64,000 nt of DNA, taken from positions 7,814,001 through 7,878,000 of the forward strand of contig CM075993.1 of assembly GCA_038087875.1 (NCBI GenBank). The letters are read 5' to 3'. A model generated the notes under the pieces. That model was not told where the DNA came from. It worked only from the letters and a program-made list of their open reading frames with translations, and ran no database searches. The position numbers and the translations under genes are program-made. Positions 39,045 through 50,242 of this stretch are shown here, piece after piece (position 1 is the stretch's first letter; each line of letters starts with the position of its first letter). The DNA comes from Malacoraja senta. Its lineage: Eukaryota.

Positions 39045-39237
39045 GTGTTCAACATCTACATGGCTGGACGGCAACTTTGCTCCCGCCGCTTCCGCGAGTT
39101 CACCATCCTTCACCAGAATTTGAAACGGGAATTTTCGGACTTCCATTTCCCAAAACTCCCAAGGAAATGGCCGTTCTCACTCTCGGAGCAGCAGTTGGAT
39201 GCCAGGCGGAGAGGCCTGGAGGAGTACCTGGAGAAAG
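39045..39237 (+). CDS. SNX27: Sorting nexin-27 coding exon (equivalent to mammalian exon 3): PX domain
   Basis: tttag acceptor (AG 39043-39044) and gtgagc donor at 39238; 193 nt. Translates [30 protein letters not shown]...[24 protein letters not shown] plus 1 nt. Confidence 0.95.
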
Positions 39238-39780
39238 GTGAGCCCAAGGGTGGATGTCACCTATACCTCCACCTGGCAATTATATCATGCCAGCAATGGA
39301 ATAAAAATATATTGTGAAGTTTCAGAAATAGAGGAGTGCTTAATGCTTGCTGTTAGGAGAGGTGTCAGAGCGATAATGGTGCATCAACCTGTTGATCAGT
39401 CTGAAGAAGGGTCTCGACCCGAAACATCACCCATTCCTTCTCTCCAGAGATGCTGCCTGTCACGCTGAGTTACTCCAGCATCTTCTATCTAACCCGTTGA
39501 TCATATTTGAGTGGGTTCTGATGCACCAGTGGGAAACGGATGAGGATAAGGTACTGTTTTGCATTTCATTACCCCTTGAAAAATGAAGATTGGTACACTT
39601 CTTGTCTCTGCTTCCTACTGCCAGTTGCTTGGGGCCCGTGTGTGGTACCAATCTGGTGAAGGGCTTTATATAAATGCAGTATTTTATTTCTTTTCACATG
39701 GTACAATGAGGCGAGTAAATAATTCACTTCATTTGGTATTTTACTTCTCGTCGTGGTAAGAAAGTCATTGTAATGTTGAT

Positions 39781-39940
39781 AGACACAAAATGCTGGAGTA
39801 ACTCAGCAGGTCTGAAGAAGGGACTCAACCCGAAACGTCACCTATTCCATCTCTCCAGAGATGCTGCCTGTCCCGCTGAGTTATTCCAGCTTTTTGTGTC
39901 TATCTTTGGTTTAAACCAGCATCTGCAGTTCCTTCCGACA
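39781..39940. mobile_element. Penelope terminal-repeat insertion with a short 5' inversion
   Basis: 15-bp TSD cattg[t/c]aatgttgat (39766-39780 and 39941-39955). Confidence 0.85.
39808..39843 (+). ncRNA. Minimal hammerhead ribozyme motif, sense to SNX27 intron
   Basis: AGGU-CUGAAGA-A-GGG(ACUCAA)CCC-GAAAC-GUC-ACCU; a 4-bp helix I (AGGU/ACCU) is possible. Confidence 0.6.
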
Positions 39941-40304
39941 CATTGCAATGTTGATGATGTGGCCACATGTTTGGATAATGTTGAAAGTTAATAATTTTAA
40001 TGATTTTTATCTTTGAGTATTGCATCAACAGCTGTATGTTCTGGCCTGTCTTGTTGATCTTTTGACCAAATATTCTACTTTTTATCTAAAACTTACTTTT
40101 TCTATTAATTACCAAATTCACTGGTCGGTGTGGACAAGTACATTCTACTCAACATGGAGGCATTGTATTGTCCATAACATTGGATCTCTACCCTGATTTA
40201 GTAATTATTGTAACGCAATGAACACCCCCTTAGTGGAAACTTTCAAGTGCTGTGGATAGTTTAATCTAATGTATCTTCAGCATTGTATGCCTCATATTCA
40301 TGTT

Positions 40305-40642
40305 AGAGTAGAATTAGGCCATTCAGCCCATCGAATCTACTCCGCCATTCAATCATGGCTGATCTCTGCCTCCTAAACCCAGTTTCCTGCCTTCTCCCCA
40401 TAACCTTTGACACCTGTTCTAGTCAAGAACTTGTCTACCTCTGCCTTAAAAATATCCACTGACTTGGCCTCCACAGCCCTTTGTGTCAATGAGTGCTACA
40501 GATTCACTACCCTCTGACCAAAGTTCCTCCTCACCTCCTTTCTAAAAGAGCGCCCTTTAATTCTGAAGCTATGACCTCTGATCCTGGACTCTCCCACCAG
40601 TGGAAACATCCTCTCCACATCCACTATCTATGCCTTTCATTA
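40305..40642 (-). mobile_element. CR1 LINE 3' end (shorter copy at about 41810-41930)
   Basis: ccgccattcaatcatggctgatct tail motif on the + strand. Confidence 0.75.
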
Positions 40643-41184
40643 CAAGTTAACCACATGCCTCTGTAGCTGGCTTGGGATGTGAATTTTTGAAGTATTAAAC
40701 CCTTTGAAGGACCTTATAGCTTATACAAGCTGTTGTGTAACATTCACGAGAACTGGGCAAGGCATGTAGACGTGATGTGAGGATCAAAGAAACTGTCAAA
40801 TGAAGTTAGTCCTATGTCAGTGCATAGACTGTAGGATGATCACTCGCTGTGTTGCTACTCACATCCGCAGACATGAGGTTGCTTCTCCCCCCCCATCTTG
40901 AATTTTAAACCAATATATCTATGTACGTACACATTGTGGAAGCCATCATTGAACAAATACAGCGATCAGTTTCTCGACCATTCATGTCAAGTGGCTGTGC
41001 TTTTCTCAGAGACAGAGAGAGAGAGAGATTTGATTACACAGCTTTATCTTGCAATATAAAATTGTCCACTTGTAATTTTCAGTGAAGTGGTTTGTTAGCT
41101 AATATTGCTTTTAGATATTTAGTTTAGATAGTTTTTTGTGTACACTAATGTGTGTCAGTACTTTTGGAACATAGGGCATATTTA

Positions 41185-41590
41185 AGAGTCAAGAGAGTTT
41201 TATTGTCATGTGTCCCAGATAGGACAATGAAATTCTTACTTGCTGCAGCACAACAGAATATTGTAAGCATAAATACAGAACAGTTCAGCGTGTCTATATA
41301 GCATAGACCATGTATATACACAGAAATAAACAGATAAAGTGCAATAGGCTGTTACAGTTCAGAGTTTGTTTGATGTTGTGTTTAATAGCCTGATGGCTGT
41401 GGGGAAGCAGCTGTTCCTGAACCTGGATGTACCAGATTTCAGGCTCCTGTACCTTCTACCTGATGGCAGCGGAGAGATGAGTGTGTGGCCAGGATGGTGT
41501 GGGTCCTTGATGATGTTGGCAGCCTTTTTGAGGCAGCGACTGCGATAGATCCCTTCGATGGTGGGGAGGTCAGAGCCGGTGATGGATTGG
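41185..41590 (-). mobile_element. Rex1/Babar-type LINE 3' end
   Basis: Minus frame reads LPTIEGIYRSRCLKKAANIIKDPHHPGH..LPSGRRYRSL; tail aataaaactctcttgactctt. Similar tails at about 5860, 26960-27043 and 49560. Confidence 0.8.
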
Positions 41591-43324
41591 GTACAAAGGA
41601 GAGGGCTTTAGTGGTATCTGCAGTCTTGTTATCCACTGGACATTTGTGCACCCTGCTCTTGCCCTTAACGAGGAGTTGGTGTACAGGAATGACAGGGGGG
41701 ATTGCTAATTTATGGAACTGGTTTACCAGAATCTGGAGAACCTTGAGATTAACAACAGTCATTTGGAAAATTAGATATTAAGTCGATAATTCATAGGAAC
41801 AGAAGTATTCTATTTGGCCCATCGAGTTGTCAGACTTATCTTCTCCGCCATTCAATCATGGCTGATCTATCTTTCCCTCTCAATCCCATTCTCCTACCTT
41901 CTCCCCGTAACCCCAGACACCCGTACTAATCTAAGTGAAGCTGCAGGAGATCATCGACCGAAGGCGTAGTCAGCAAGTGTGTTTAGTTTAAGAAGGAACT
42001 GCAGATGCTGGAAAATCGAAGGTAGACACAAGTGCTGGAGAAACTCAGCGGGTGCGGCAGCATCTATGGAGCGAAGGAACACCAAGTGTTTTTAGTTAAC
42101 AGATTATGCTGGGAAAATCTAGCTCTTTAAGAGTGAATCACATGTATGAGTATGAGAGGAATTAATTCATTTCTATTTGCCTGAAATTTGCAACGGGTTG
42201 GGTTATTATGTCCACTAAACCTTGATTCTAATAGTAGATATACCACAGTATGTAATGGGAATGAGAGGGTTAGAATGGGATTTTCAGATGTACAGTTTAC
42301 GGGAAGGAAGGCATGTCCGAGGGAGCACTAAAACCTCAAAATTGTGCCCAGTTTTGCAGTTATTTAGGCTGAGTACAGAGGGGAAATGGTGTGAATTAGT
42401 AGGTGAGGTCAACGCGTGATAAATAGGACTGAAATAGAATATTGTCCCTGTTGAAAGAGTCAAAATACAGCAATTGGAGAGAAAAAATGTTGAATGTTCC
42501 ATATTAAATCTTCTTTTGAAATGAAAGGCGTGAGAGATTTTATAGGCATTGAACAAATATAGAGGCAGGCAAATGGTGGGCTTAGGGGTGGGGAGAGAAT
42601 AAAAGGAAGGTCTGTATATGGTGGAAGACATTATGTGATGAGGGAACAGCGCAGTGCAAAAAAGAGATAATAATGGGACAAAACATGGAACCAGATTGAG
42701 TCTGGAGGACTGAAAATGACAAAAACAAAATCACTATCTGCAGTTTTGCCCAGAATAAATGACGGCAGTAGTTGAGATCCCTGATTGTCGAACTTGGCGT
42801 TTGAGGTCACAAAATGGCTACCGTAATAAATAAAAAAACAAGGCGCTGTTTATCGAGCATTAACTGTGCTGCAGTTGTGTAGGAAGATGAAGATAATTGA
42901 AGATTTGAACCATGAAAACACTATTGCAGTTGAGAAATAAGGGCTCAAGGGGACTTCAAATGGAATCAAGAACTTGGTTGTGTTAATAGTTAACACAAGC
43001 TTTAGGCCCACGAGAAACAGACTGAAGTCAGGAGGCCAGATGAACCGAGTGAGGGGGTTGTGAATATTTATGCAATCATGGACGTTGTGGGATTTGTATA
43101 TTTCTGACGAGGTTTTGGATGAGGTAGGGTAAAAATTTGCCAATAGCGATGATTAATAGATGGACCTCTTTCTAAACAAAATTGTAACATGACCAAGTGA
43201 TTGGGGGGGGGGGGGTGAAGAAGGAGTGAAAAGAACAATCATTTTGGCCAAGCATCCATTTAATCCAGGGTTGTGGAGTGCTTGCACTGGAGTGCATAAG
43301 TGCAAGTACATCACGGATCGCCCA

Positions 43325-43920
43325 AGATAGAAACAAAAAGCTGGAGTAACTCAGCGGGTCGGGCAACATCTCTGGAGGAAAGGGATAGGTGACGTTTTGG
43401 GTCGAGACCCTTCTTCAGACTGCGAGTCAGGGGAGAGGGAAACTAGAGGAATGTGAAGGTTCAGAACAAATTAGAGCCAGCAACGATGACCAAGGAATGG
43501 TGGAACCCACAATGATCCATTGTTGACATTGGAAGAGGTGATAACAAAGGGTTATATGGATACCAACATTGAACAGGCAGGACGATTAGGGTGGGGAGAG
43601 GGGGAATGGAGGGGTTACTTGAAATTAGAGAAATCAATATTCATACCGCTGGGTTGTAAGCTGCCCAAGCGAAATATGAGGTGCCGTACCTCCAATTCGC
43701 GTGTGGCCTCACTCTGACAGTGGAGGAGGCCCAGGACAGAAAGGTCAGCGTGGGATTGACACAAAAAGCTGGAGTAACTCAGCGGGTCAGGCAACATCTC
43801 TGGAGAAAAGGGATAGGTGACGTTTTGGGTCGAGACCCTTCTTCAGATTAGTTGGGGAAAAGGAAAATGAGAGATATAGACGATGATGTAGATAGATAAA
43901 GAACAATGAATGAAAGATGG
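43325..43920 (-). mobile_element. Penelope-like 3' fragment with a tandem second terminal repeat
   Basis: DLSVLGLLHCQSEATRELEVRHLIFRLGSLQPSGMNIDFSNFK at 43615-43750; near-identical terminal repeats at about 43333-43421 and 43760-43847. Confidence 0.85.
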
Positions 43921-44267
43921 GTCAGTGTGGGAATGGGAAGGGGAGTTAAAATGCCCTGCTCTGTCTGCATGATCACCTTGGTGTCAGGGTGGAATTTTAA
44001 ACAGCGTTTTCTTTGAAGGCTGCTGGACACCCAGGCTGCTTTTGAAATCCTTCCAGCACTCTAGGAATCTGTGAGGTTTAGCTAATGATGGGAATTATTT
44101 GTTTACCAGAGGGGGTGGTCTTATTTGGAAAACGGCGACCATGACAGTGCAACAGTCCCTCAGGGAATGCATTATGGTCTGAAGAACGGTCCCGACTCGA
44201 GACAACATCTATCCATGTCCTCCAGAAATGCTGCCTTACCCGCTGAGTTGCTCCAGCACTTAGTTGA

Positions 44268-44575
44268 GTTTTAGTTTAGAGATACAGCGCGGAAACAGGG
44301 CCTTTGGCCCACCGAGTCTACACCGACCAGCAATCCCCGCACATTAAAACTATCCTACACACACCAGGGACAATTTACATTCATACCAAGCTACTTTACG
44401 GACATACCTGAACGTCACTGGAGTGTGGGAGGAAACTGAAGATCTCTGAGAAAACCCACGCAGTCACGGGGAGAACGTACAAACTCCGTACAGATGGCAC
44501 CCATAGTCGGGGTAGAACCTGGGTCTCTGGCGCTACAAGCGCTGTAAGGCAGCAACTTTACCGCTGCACCATCGG
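44268..44575 (-). mobile_element. tRNA SINE (HE1-like)
   Basis: Family match; lies inside a Penelope terminal repeat (44178-44637). Confidence 0.85.
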
Positions 44576-47113
44576 TACAGAGCCCCTACTCTGTGTCTTT
44601 TTTTGTGTAAACCAGCATTTGCAGTTCCTTCCGTGTCCTTGTTCCTCCCACTGCTTGTTACTGGTTCCTGTAAATAATGGCCATCACAGTTACTTGTGAG
44701 GCTAAAGCAACTGAGTGTCAAGGGCAGAGGGCCTGCGGAAAACATGAAACTAGTACGGTTGAAGCTTGACGTCCTATTGAATAAGGGCAGTGGTTAAGGT
44801 TCACAATTGTTGAACTTGGAATCTGTACGACAATAAAATGTCTAATTAAAAAATGAAGGGCGCTTTTTGCCGAACACAAGTTGCGCTGCATTCGCATGGT
44901 GTCGGAGCTGCGGAGGTCAGAGAATGCTCATTAAATTAAAATAATTGAGGATCTGAAGCATGGAAAGACTACTGCAGTTTACAAACGTTTATTAGTATTA
45001 GGATCACAGCCTAATAAAGGATGGAAGATTAAAAGAGGAATGGGAAATAAGATAGTTACTAGGAGACCGCTTGATCTTGTGAAATATTTTATTCTCCATT
45101 GTGTGCTGCACGCATACTTCCCTCATAGCGAATTCAATTCGACAAGAGTGATATTGACATCACCTTTACTATCAATTTATGTTCGTTGATGTGTTGTCCA
45201 CTTCACGAACATTGCCGCAGGATATTAGTGCTTGCATTAAAAAAAAAAGATTGAGATTAGCTGCCACGCAGTTTATCTGGCTAGTGGGCAAACTCCTTCT
45301 CGGGTGATCTGGCAGTTGAATCGTCTCTTTATACCGACCATGGTCTTGTGCCAAAGAGAGAATGCGAAAGTCCCATCATCGGCATTCTCTGGGGAGAGGC
45401 ATCACTTTCCTTGTTGTGATTAAATTGGAGTTATCAGAGTGTGTGTGTGGAAAGCGTTATTGATATTTCCTGGAAAGAAATGTGAATGCAAAATGCGATT
45501 AGACTTGATTTGAAATAACCATACTCTGCACCAATGATGCAGTCATTCTTCAGCTTCCACAAGAATCCCGTACACTCATGCTTACAAAGTCCTCTCTTTA
45601 TATAGTCTTTTATCTCAATTCTCTGGCTGCAGCACCATAATGCAGACTCTGTGGTGCAGGGTACAGTGATTCTTACCAGTTTATGGTTGACAAAACAGTT
45701 CTTTCTCAGGGCTACACTGGTGGGGTTTAGTGCTCTTGATTATAACAAGCTTTCAGTCCTCTGGTGGACGTTTGCGAGAAGCTCATTACAGTGCAGTCTT
45801 TTTGTATTTGTTTTTTCCCATCTTCAAGTCGTTCAAAATTAGTGTCTGTTCTTCAGATGCACTCAATCCCGCCCTGTCTTGCCCTGTGAGCAAGCGGAAG
45901 CAGGAGCATGTGCTCTCGTATGCCCCTCTCTCTCTCACTCTCTCATACGCAGTATGAGATAGCATGGTAGGTTTATACACAACATGGTAGGTTTATACAC
46001 AATTTAGGGGAGTACAAGGCCGGAAGAGGCCCTTCGGCCCACAATATCTGTGCCGATCATGATAGCAACACCAACTCACACGCCTGCACTTAATTTGTAT
46101 CCCTCCATTCCCTGCATATGCATGTGCCTATCCAAAAGTCTCCAATGCCACTATCATAATCGCCACCACCACCCCAGCAGTGCGTTCCAGGGACTCGCCC
46201 ACCTGAGAAAGAAAGAAAAAAAATCGTGTCCCACACATCTCTTTAAATTTCGCCCATCTCACCTTAAAGCTATAAATACCCTCGTATTGATTAGCTAGAT
46301 CGAATCCGGGTCTCTGGCGCTGTAAGGCAGCAACTCTACCACTGTGTCATTGTGCTGGTCCAGTGTTGATGAAGGCAGGCGTATCTTTTTACCGAGGCTT
46401 CTCGCACTAAGATGTGGATTAAACACCCAGCTTGGGCTTGCTGAAGAGTTATCTGTCACAAGGTATACAGCATGAAGACAATTATCTATTCCTGAGCGAA
46501 TTAATTAATATTGTCAGTCTGAAGTAGGGTCCTGACCCGAAACATCACTTATCCATGTTCTCCAGAGATGCTGTTTGACCTGCAGAATTACTCCAACACT
46601 TTGTGTGCCTTTGTGTTAATGTAGGTAGGATAATTGCTGGTACCTTCATTCGCATACAAGGTTTTAATTGTTTTCCAAGGGTCAGTAATCCATCTGGAAG
46701 AGGTACATGGAAGACCTATATTCACAATGTTCAGATCAGTAAGATGAGACTTGCTAATATAGGCCACGCCACTCCTGAAGAAAACTGCTTCAATGAGCCT
46801 GCAGATTTGACAAAACTGAATTCAAGCTTATTGCTTGACTTAACTTTATGGTCTCCAGTCCTCATTGTACAATGTCAGTGAAAGAAAACCAAGCAGGGTT
46901 GACGAGAAATATGCCAATGCCTTGGAAAACGCCACGGGTGGAGAAAGTCACCTTGGAGTGACAGTCATCGCCTCTGTCCACAGGCCCGCAGTGAAAGGAT
47001 GTCAGAACGAGACACTGTTGGCTTTGAGTGGCGAGCTACGCTGCAACTATCCTGAGCAACGTGTCAAGCATAGAGTGTTGCCTTGGGATACTGTCCTACT
47101 TCACATTTGTAAA

Positions 47114-47304
47114 AGGTTGGAGGAAGGAACTGCTGATGCTTGTTTAGACCGAAGACAGACACACAGACACACAGACACACACACACAGACACACAGACAC
47201 ACAGACACACAGACACACACACACACACCTTCTATCCCACACATCACCCATGCTGCCTGTTTCCCCCCCCCCCCCCCTGAGTTACTCCAGAATTTAGCAT
47301 CTAT
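47114..47304. mobile_element. Penelope terminal-repeat insertion with an internal CA/CAGA microsatellite expansion
   Basis: Perfect 15-bp TSD cttcacatttgtaaa (47099-47113 and 47305-47319). Confidence 0.8.
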
Positions 47305-48212
47305 CTTCACATTTGTAAACCTTTACACAAATATCTAGTGCATTGTCTGGCTAAGTATTGGCGGCAGAGGCTTGTAAAACCAATGGCACTGCTGCCCGGG
47401 GAGACAAAGCAAAGGTTTGCTTTAAATTCCTTGTTGATTTAAAGTATCTCCGTTCTGCACAGTTAATAAAGTTCATATTGGAGATGTGATGTAATTTAAG
47501 ATTCTGTTCACCAATTCCTGCACCCGGTGTTATTCAGTCATGTCTGATCTAAGCAGTTTGAAGAGCTGTTTGAAGAACCGTCTGAATAAGGGTCTCGACC
47601 CAAAACGTCACCCATTCCTTCTCTTCAGAGATGCTGCCTGTCCCGCTGAGTTACTCCAGCGTTTTATGTCTATCTTCGGTTTAAACCAGCATCTGCAGTT
47701 CCTTCCTACATGATGCGTTTACCGCTTTTATCTTTTCTCTGGTTTTGTCCTTCTCCTGGTAAAATCTAATCGCTCACTTTATGCTATGGATTTAAGTTCA
47801 GAACATGTCTTATGGTAATGGTTTTAAATTCCTCTTTCCCTGTAGCCCATTGTTATTAGGATGCTTTTACTGACTTGTACTATGAAGATTAACTCAAAAT
47901 CATTCGAATCTCAGTTCCTGTATTTATGATGTTCGCTTGTACCCTTTCTAGCCTCGGGTGAATGTTTTGCATGACTTGAAAGAGGTCTCACTGGGATCCT
48001 GCCCCAGTCTCGCCTTGCCCAAGGGCCAGAGAGAGTTCCCTGAGGCAATGTAGCCTCCTGAGGGGAGAATGGCGCTGGGGACCGTGCGTCCATTGACTGA
48101 CTGACTAGCAGATGAGAATTAGTTGTCCCCAGACATTATAGTTCACAGGTACACAAAAATGCTGGAGAAACTCAGCGGGTGCAGCAGCATCTATGGAGCG
48201 AAGGAAATAGGT

Positions 48213-48240
48213 AACGTTTCGGGCCGAAACCCTTCTTCAG
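48213..48240 (-). ncRNA. Minimal hammerhead ribozyme core in the Penelope 3' repeat
   Basis: Minus strand reads CUGAAGA-A-GGGU(UUCG)GCCC-GAAAC-GUU, about 120 nt downstream of the ORF stop. Confidence 0.7.
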
Positions 48241-48356
48241 ACTGATGGGGGGTGGGAAGAAGAAAGGAAAAAAGGAAAAGGAGGAGGAGGAGCCCGAGGG
48301 CTGGGGGAGGGGAGGAGACAACCAGATGGCTGATGAAGGGGAGGGGACAGCCAGGG

Positions 48357-49111
48357 CTAGCAGAATTGGGAGAATTCAACGTTCAGGCCACCAGGATGTA
48401 GACTGCCCAAGCGGAATATGAGGTGCATTTCCTCCAATTTACGGTGTTGCTCGCTGTGGCCATGGAGGAGACCCAGGACAGAGAGGTCAGATACGGAATG
48501 GGAGGGGGAGTTGAAGTGCTGAGCCACCGGGAGTTCAGGTTGGTTATTGCGGACCGACCGGAGGTGTTCGGCGAAACGATCGCCAAGCCTCCGCTTGGTC
48601 TCACCGATGTAGATCAGCTGGCATCTAGAGCAGCGAATGCAATAGATGAGGTTGGAGGAGATGCAGGTGAACCTCTGTCGCACCTGGAACGACTGCTTGG
48701 GTCCTGGAATGGAGTGGAGGGGGGAAGTGAAGGGACAAGTGTTGCATCTCTTGCGGTTGCAAGGGAAAGTACCAGGGGAGGGGGTGGTATGGGAGGGAAG
48801 GGAAGAATTGACAAGGGAGTTACGCAGGGAGCGGTCTTTGCGGAAGGCAGACATAGGGGGAGATGGGAAGATGTGGCGAGTGGTGGGGTCACGTTGGAGG
48901 TGGCGAAACTGACGGAGGATCACTTGTTGTATGTGACGGCTGGTGGGGTGAAAGGTGAGGACTAGGGGGACTCTGCCTTTGTTGTGAGTGGGGGGATGGG
49001 GAGAGAGAGCAGTGTTGCGGGGTATGGCAGAGACCCTGGTGCGAGCCTCATCTATGGTGGAGGAGGGGAACCCCCGTTCCCTGAAGAATGAGGACATTTC
49101 AGATGCCCTGG
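48357..49111 (-). CDS. Partial Penelope-like ORF: RT thumb/linker, Cys knuckle and GIY-YIG endonuclease (no start codon; 5' truncated)
   Basis: About 250 uninterrupted codons: PLVLTFHP, CNRKRCNTC, NLIYCIRC..C..IYIGETKRRLGDRFAEH, VAQHFN, E..LI..L...PGGLN. The linker Cys cluster is typical of Neptune-type PLEs. Confidence 0.88.
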
Positions 49112-49127
49112 TATAGTTCACAGTATG

Positions 49128-49442
49128 TTTAGTTTAGTTTAGAGATACAGCGCGGAAACAGGCCCTTCGGCCCACCGGGTCCGCACCGACCAGCGATCCC
49201 CGCACATTAACACTATCCTACACACACTGGGGACAATTTTTACATTTACCAAGCCAATTAACCTACAATCCTGTACGTCTTTGGAGTGTGGGAGGAAACC
49301 AAAGATCTCGGAGAAAACCCACGCAGGTCACGGGGAGAACGTACAAACTCCGTACAGGCAGCACCCGTAGTCGGGATCGAACCCGGTTCTCCGACGCTGC
49401 ATTCGCTGTAAGGCAGCAACCGCTGCGCCACCGTGACCGCCC
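49128..49442 (-). mobile_element. tRNA SINE (HE1-like), full length and CpG-rich (young)
   Basis: A/B boxes and (gttta)n tail; flanks share acagtatgt/acatgtatgt similarity. Confidence 0.9.
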
Positions 49443-50020
49443 ACATGTATGTAACGCAACCTAGTTTAGATCTAGCAGAATGTCTGGAAATCCTGAGGCA
49501 AGGCCCAGTCCATCATAAGTTTATTATATCAGCTATTGAAGTTTACAAAGCCTGCTGTCCTGCTGCTATTTCAAGTAAGAATTTCATTGTTCCATCTGGT
49601 ACGTATGACAATGAAACACTCGTGATCTCCCCACCATCGCAGGGATCTATCGATAGGAGGTGCTGCCTCAAAAAGACAGTGTATAGTGTCTACAGGCCTG
49701 TTATGCTGCTACACGTAAGAATTTCATTGTGGGAAAACCAATCTGGAGGAAAACTGAACTGGTCTCTGTGGTGCGTGTCCGGAGTTGGGCTGGGAGGTCA
49801 CACCTTCTGTCTATTCATCTCTGGCCCTTGTCCACTATCAACCCCCCAACCCCTCATCAACCCCTACATCAGTCTATTGCTTGCTAGGCTTCGTCCTGCC
49901 CCTCTATTCCGGCTTCTTTACCCGCCTCTTCCTCCCGACAACCAGTCTGAAGATGGATCCCGACCCAACACGTCACCTATCCATGTTCTCCAGAGATGCT
50001 GCCTGACTCCAGTTCTTTGT

Positions 50021-50242
50021 GTTTAGTTTAGTTTGAGAAACGGCGAGGAAATAGTCCCTTCGGCGCACCAAATCCGCACCGACCAAAGATCCCTGTACAT
50101 TAACACGATCCTACACACGTCTAGGGACCATTTTACATTTATACCAAGCCAAGAGACTGTACAAACTCCGTACAGACAGCACCCATGGTCAGGATCAAAC
50201 CCGGGCCTGGTCCTGTGAGGCAGCTGCTCCACTGTGCCGCCC
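50021..50242 (-). mobile_element. tRNA SINE (HE1-like), internally deleted
   Basis: Family match. Confidence 0.75.

Larger units (their letters stand above)
48149..49111 (-). mobile_element. 5'-truncated Penelope-like retroelement (GIY-YIG endonuclease plus 3' terminal repeat)
   Basis: Perfect 12-bp TSD tatagttcacag (48137-48148 and 49112-49123). Contains the ORF C-terminus, a pyrimidine-rich spacer and the hammerhead-bearing terminal repeat. Confidence 0.92.

Noticed and set aside
42100..43300. Possible decayed LINE or coding remnant (ORFs of 115 and 97 aa on minus)
   Set aside because: No RT or endonuclease motif could be recognised; left unassigned.
38676..46001. Short tandem duplications (agcagctatatgtacacca twice near 38676; catggtaggtttatacaca twice near 45963)
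   Set aside because: Ordinary slippage duplications with no further structure.
48423..48965. 180-aa plus-strand ORF
   Set aside because: Antisense shadow of the Penelope endonuclease frame.
46865..50026. 157-aa (46865) and 197-aa (49433) ORFs
   Set aside because: They run across microsatellite and several unrelated repeat fragments.
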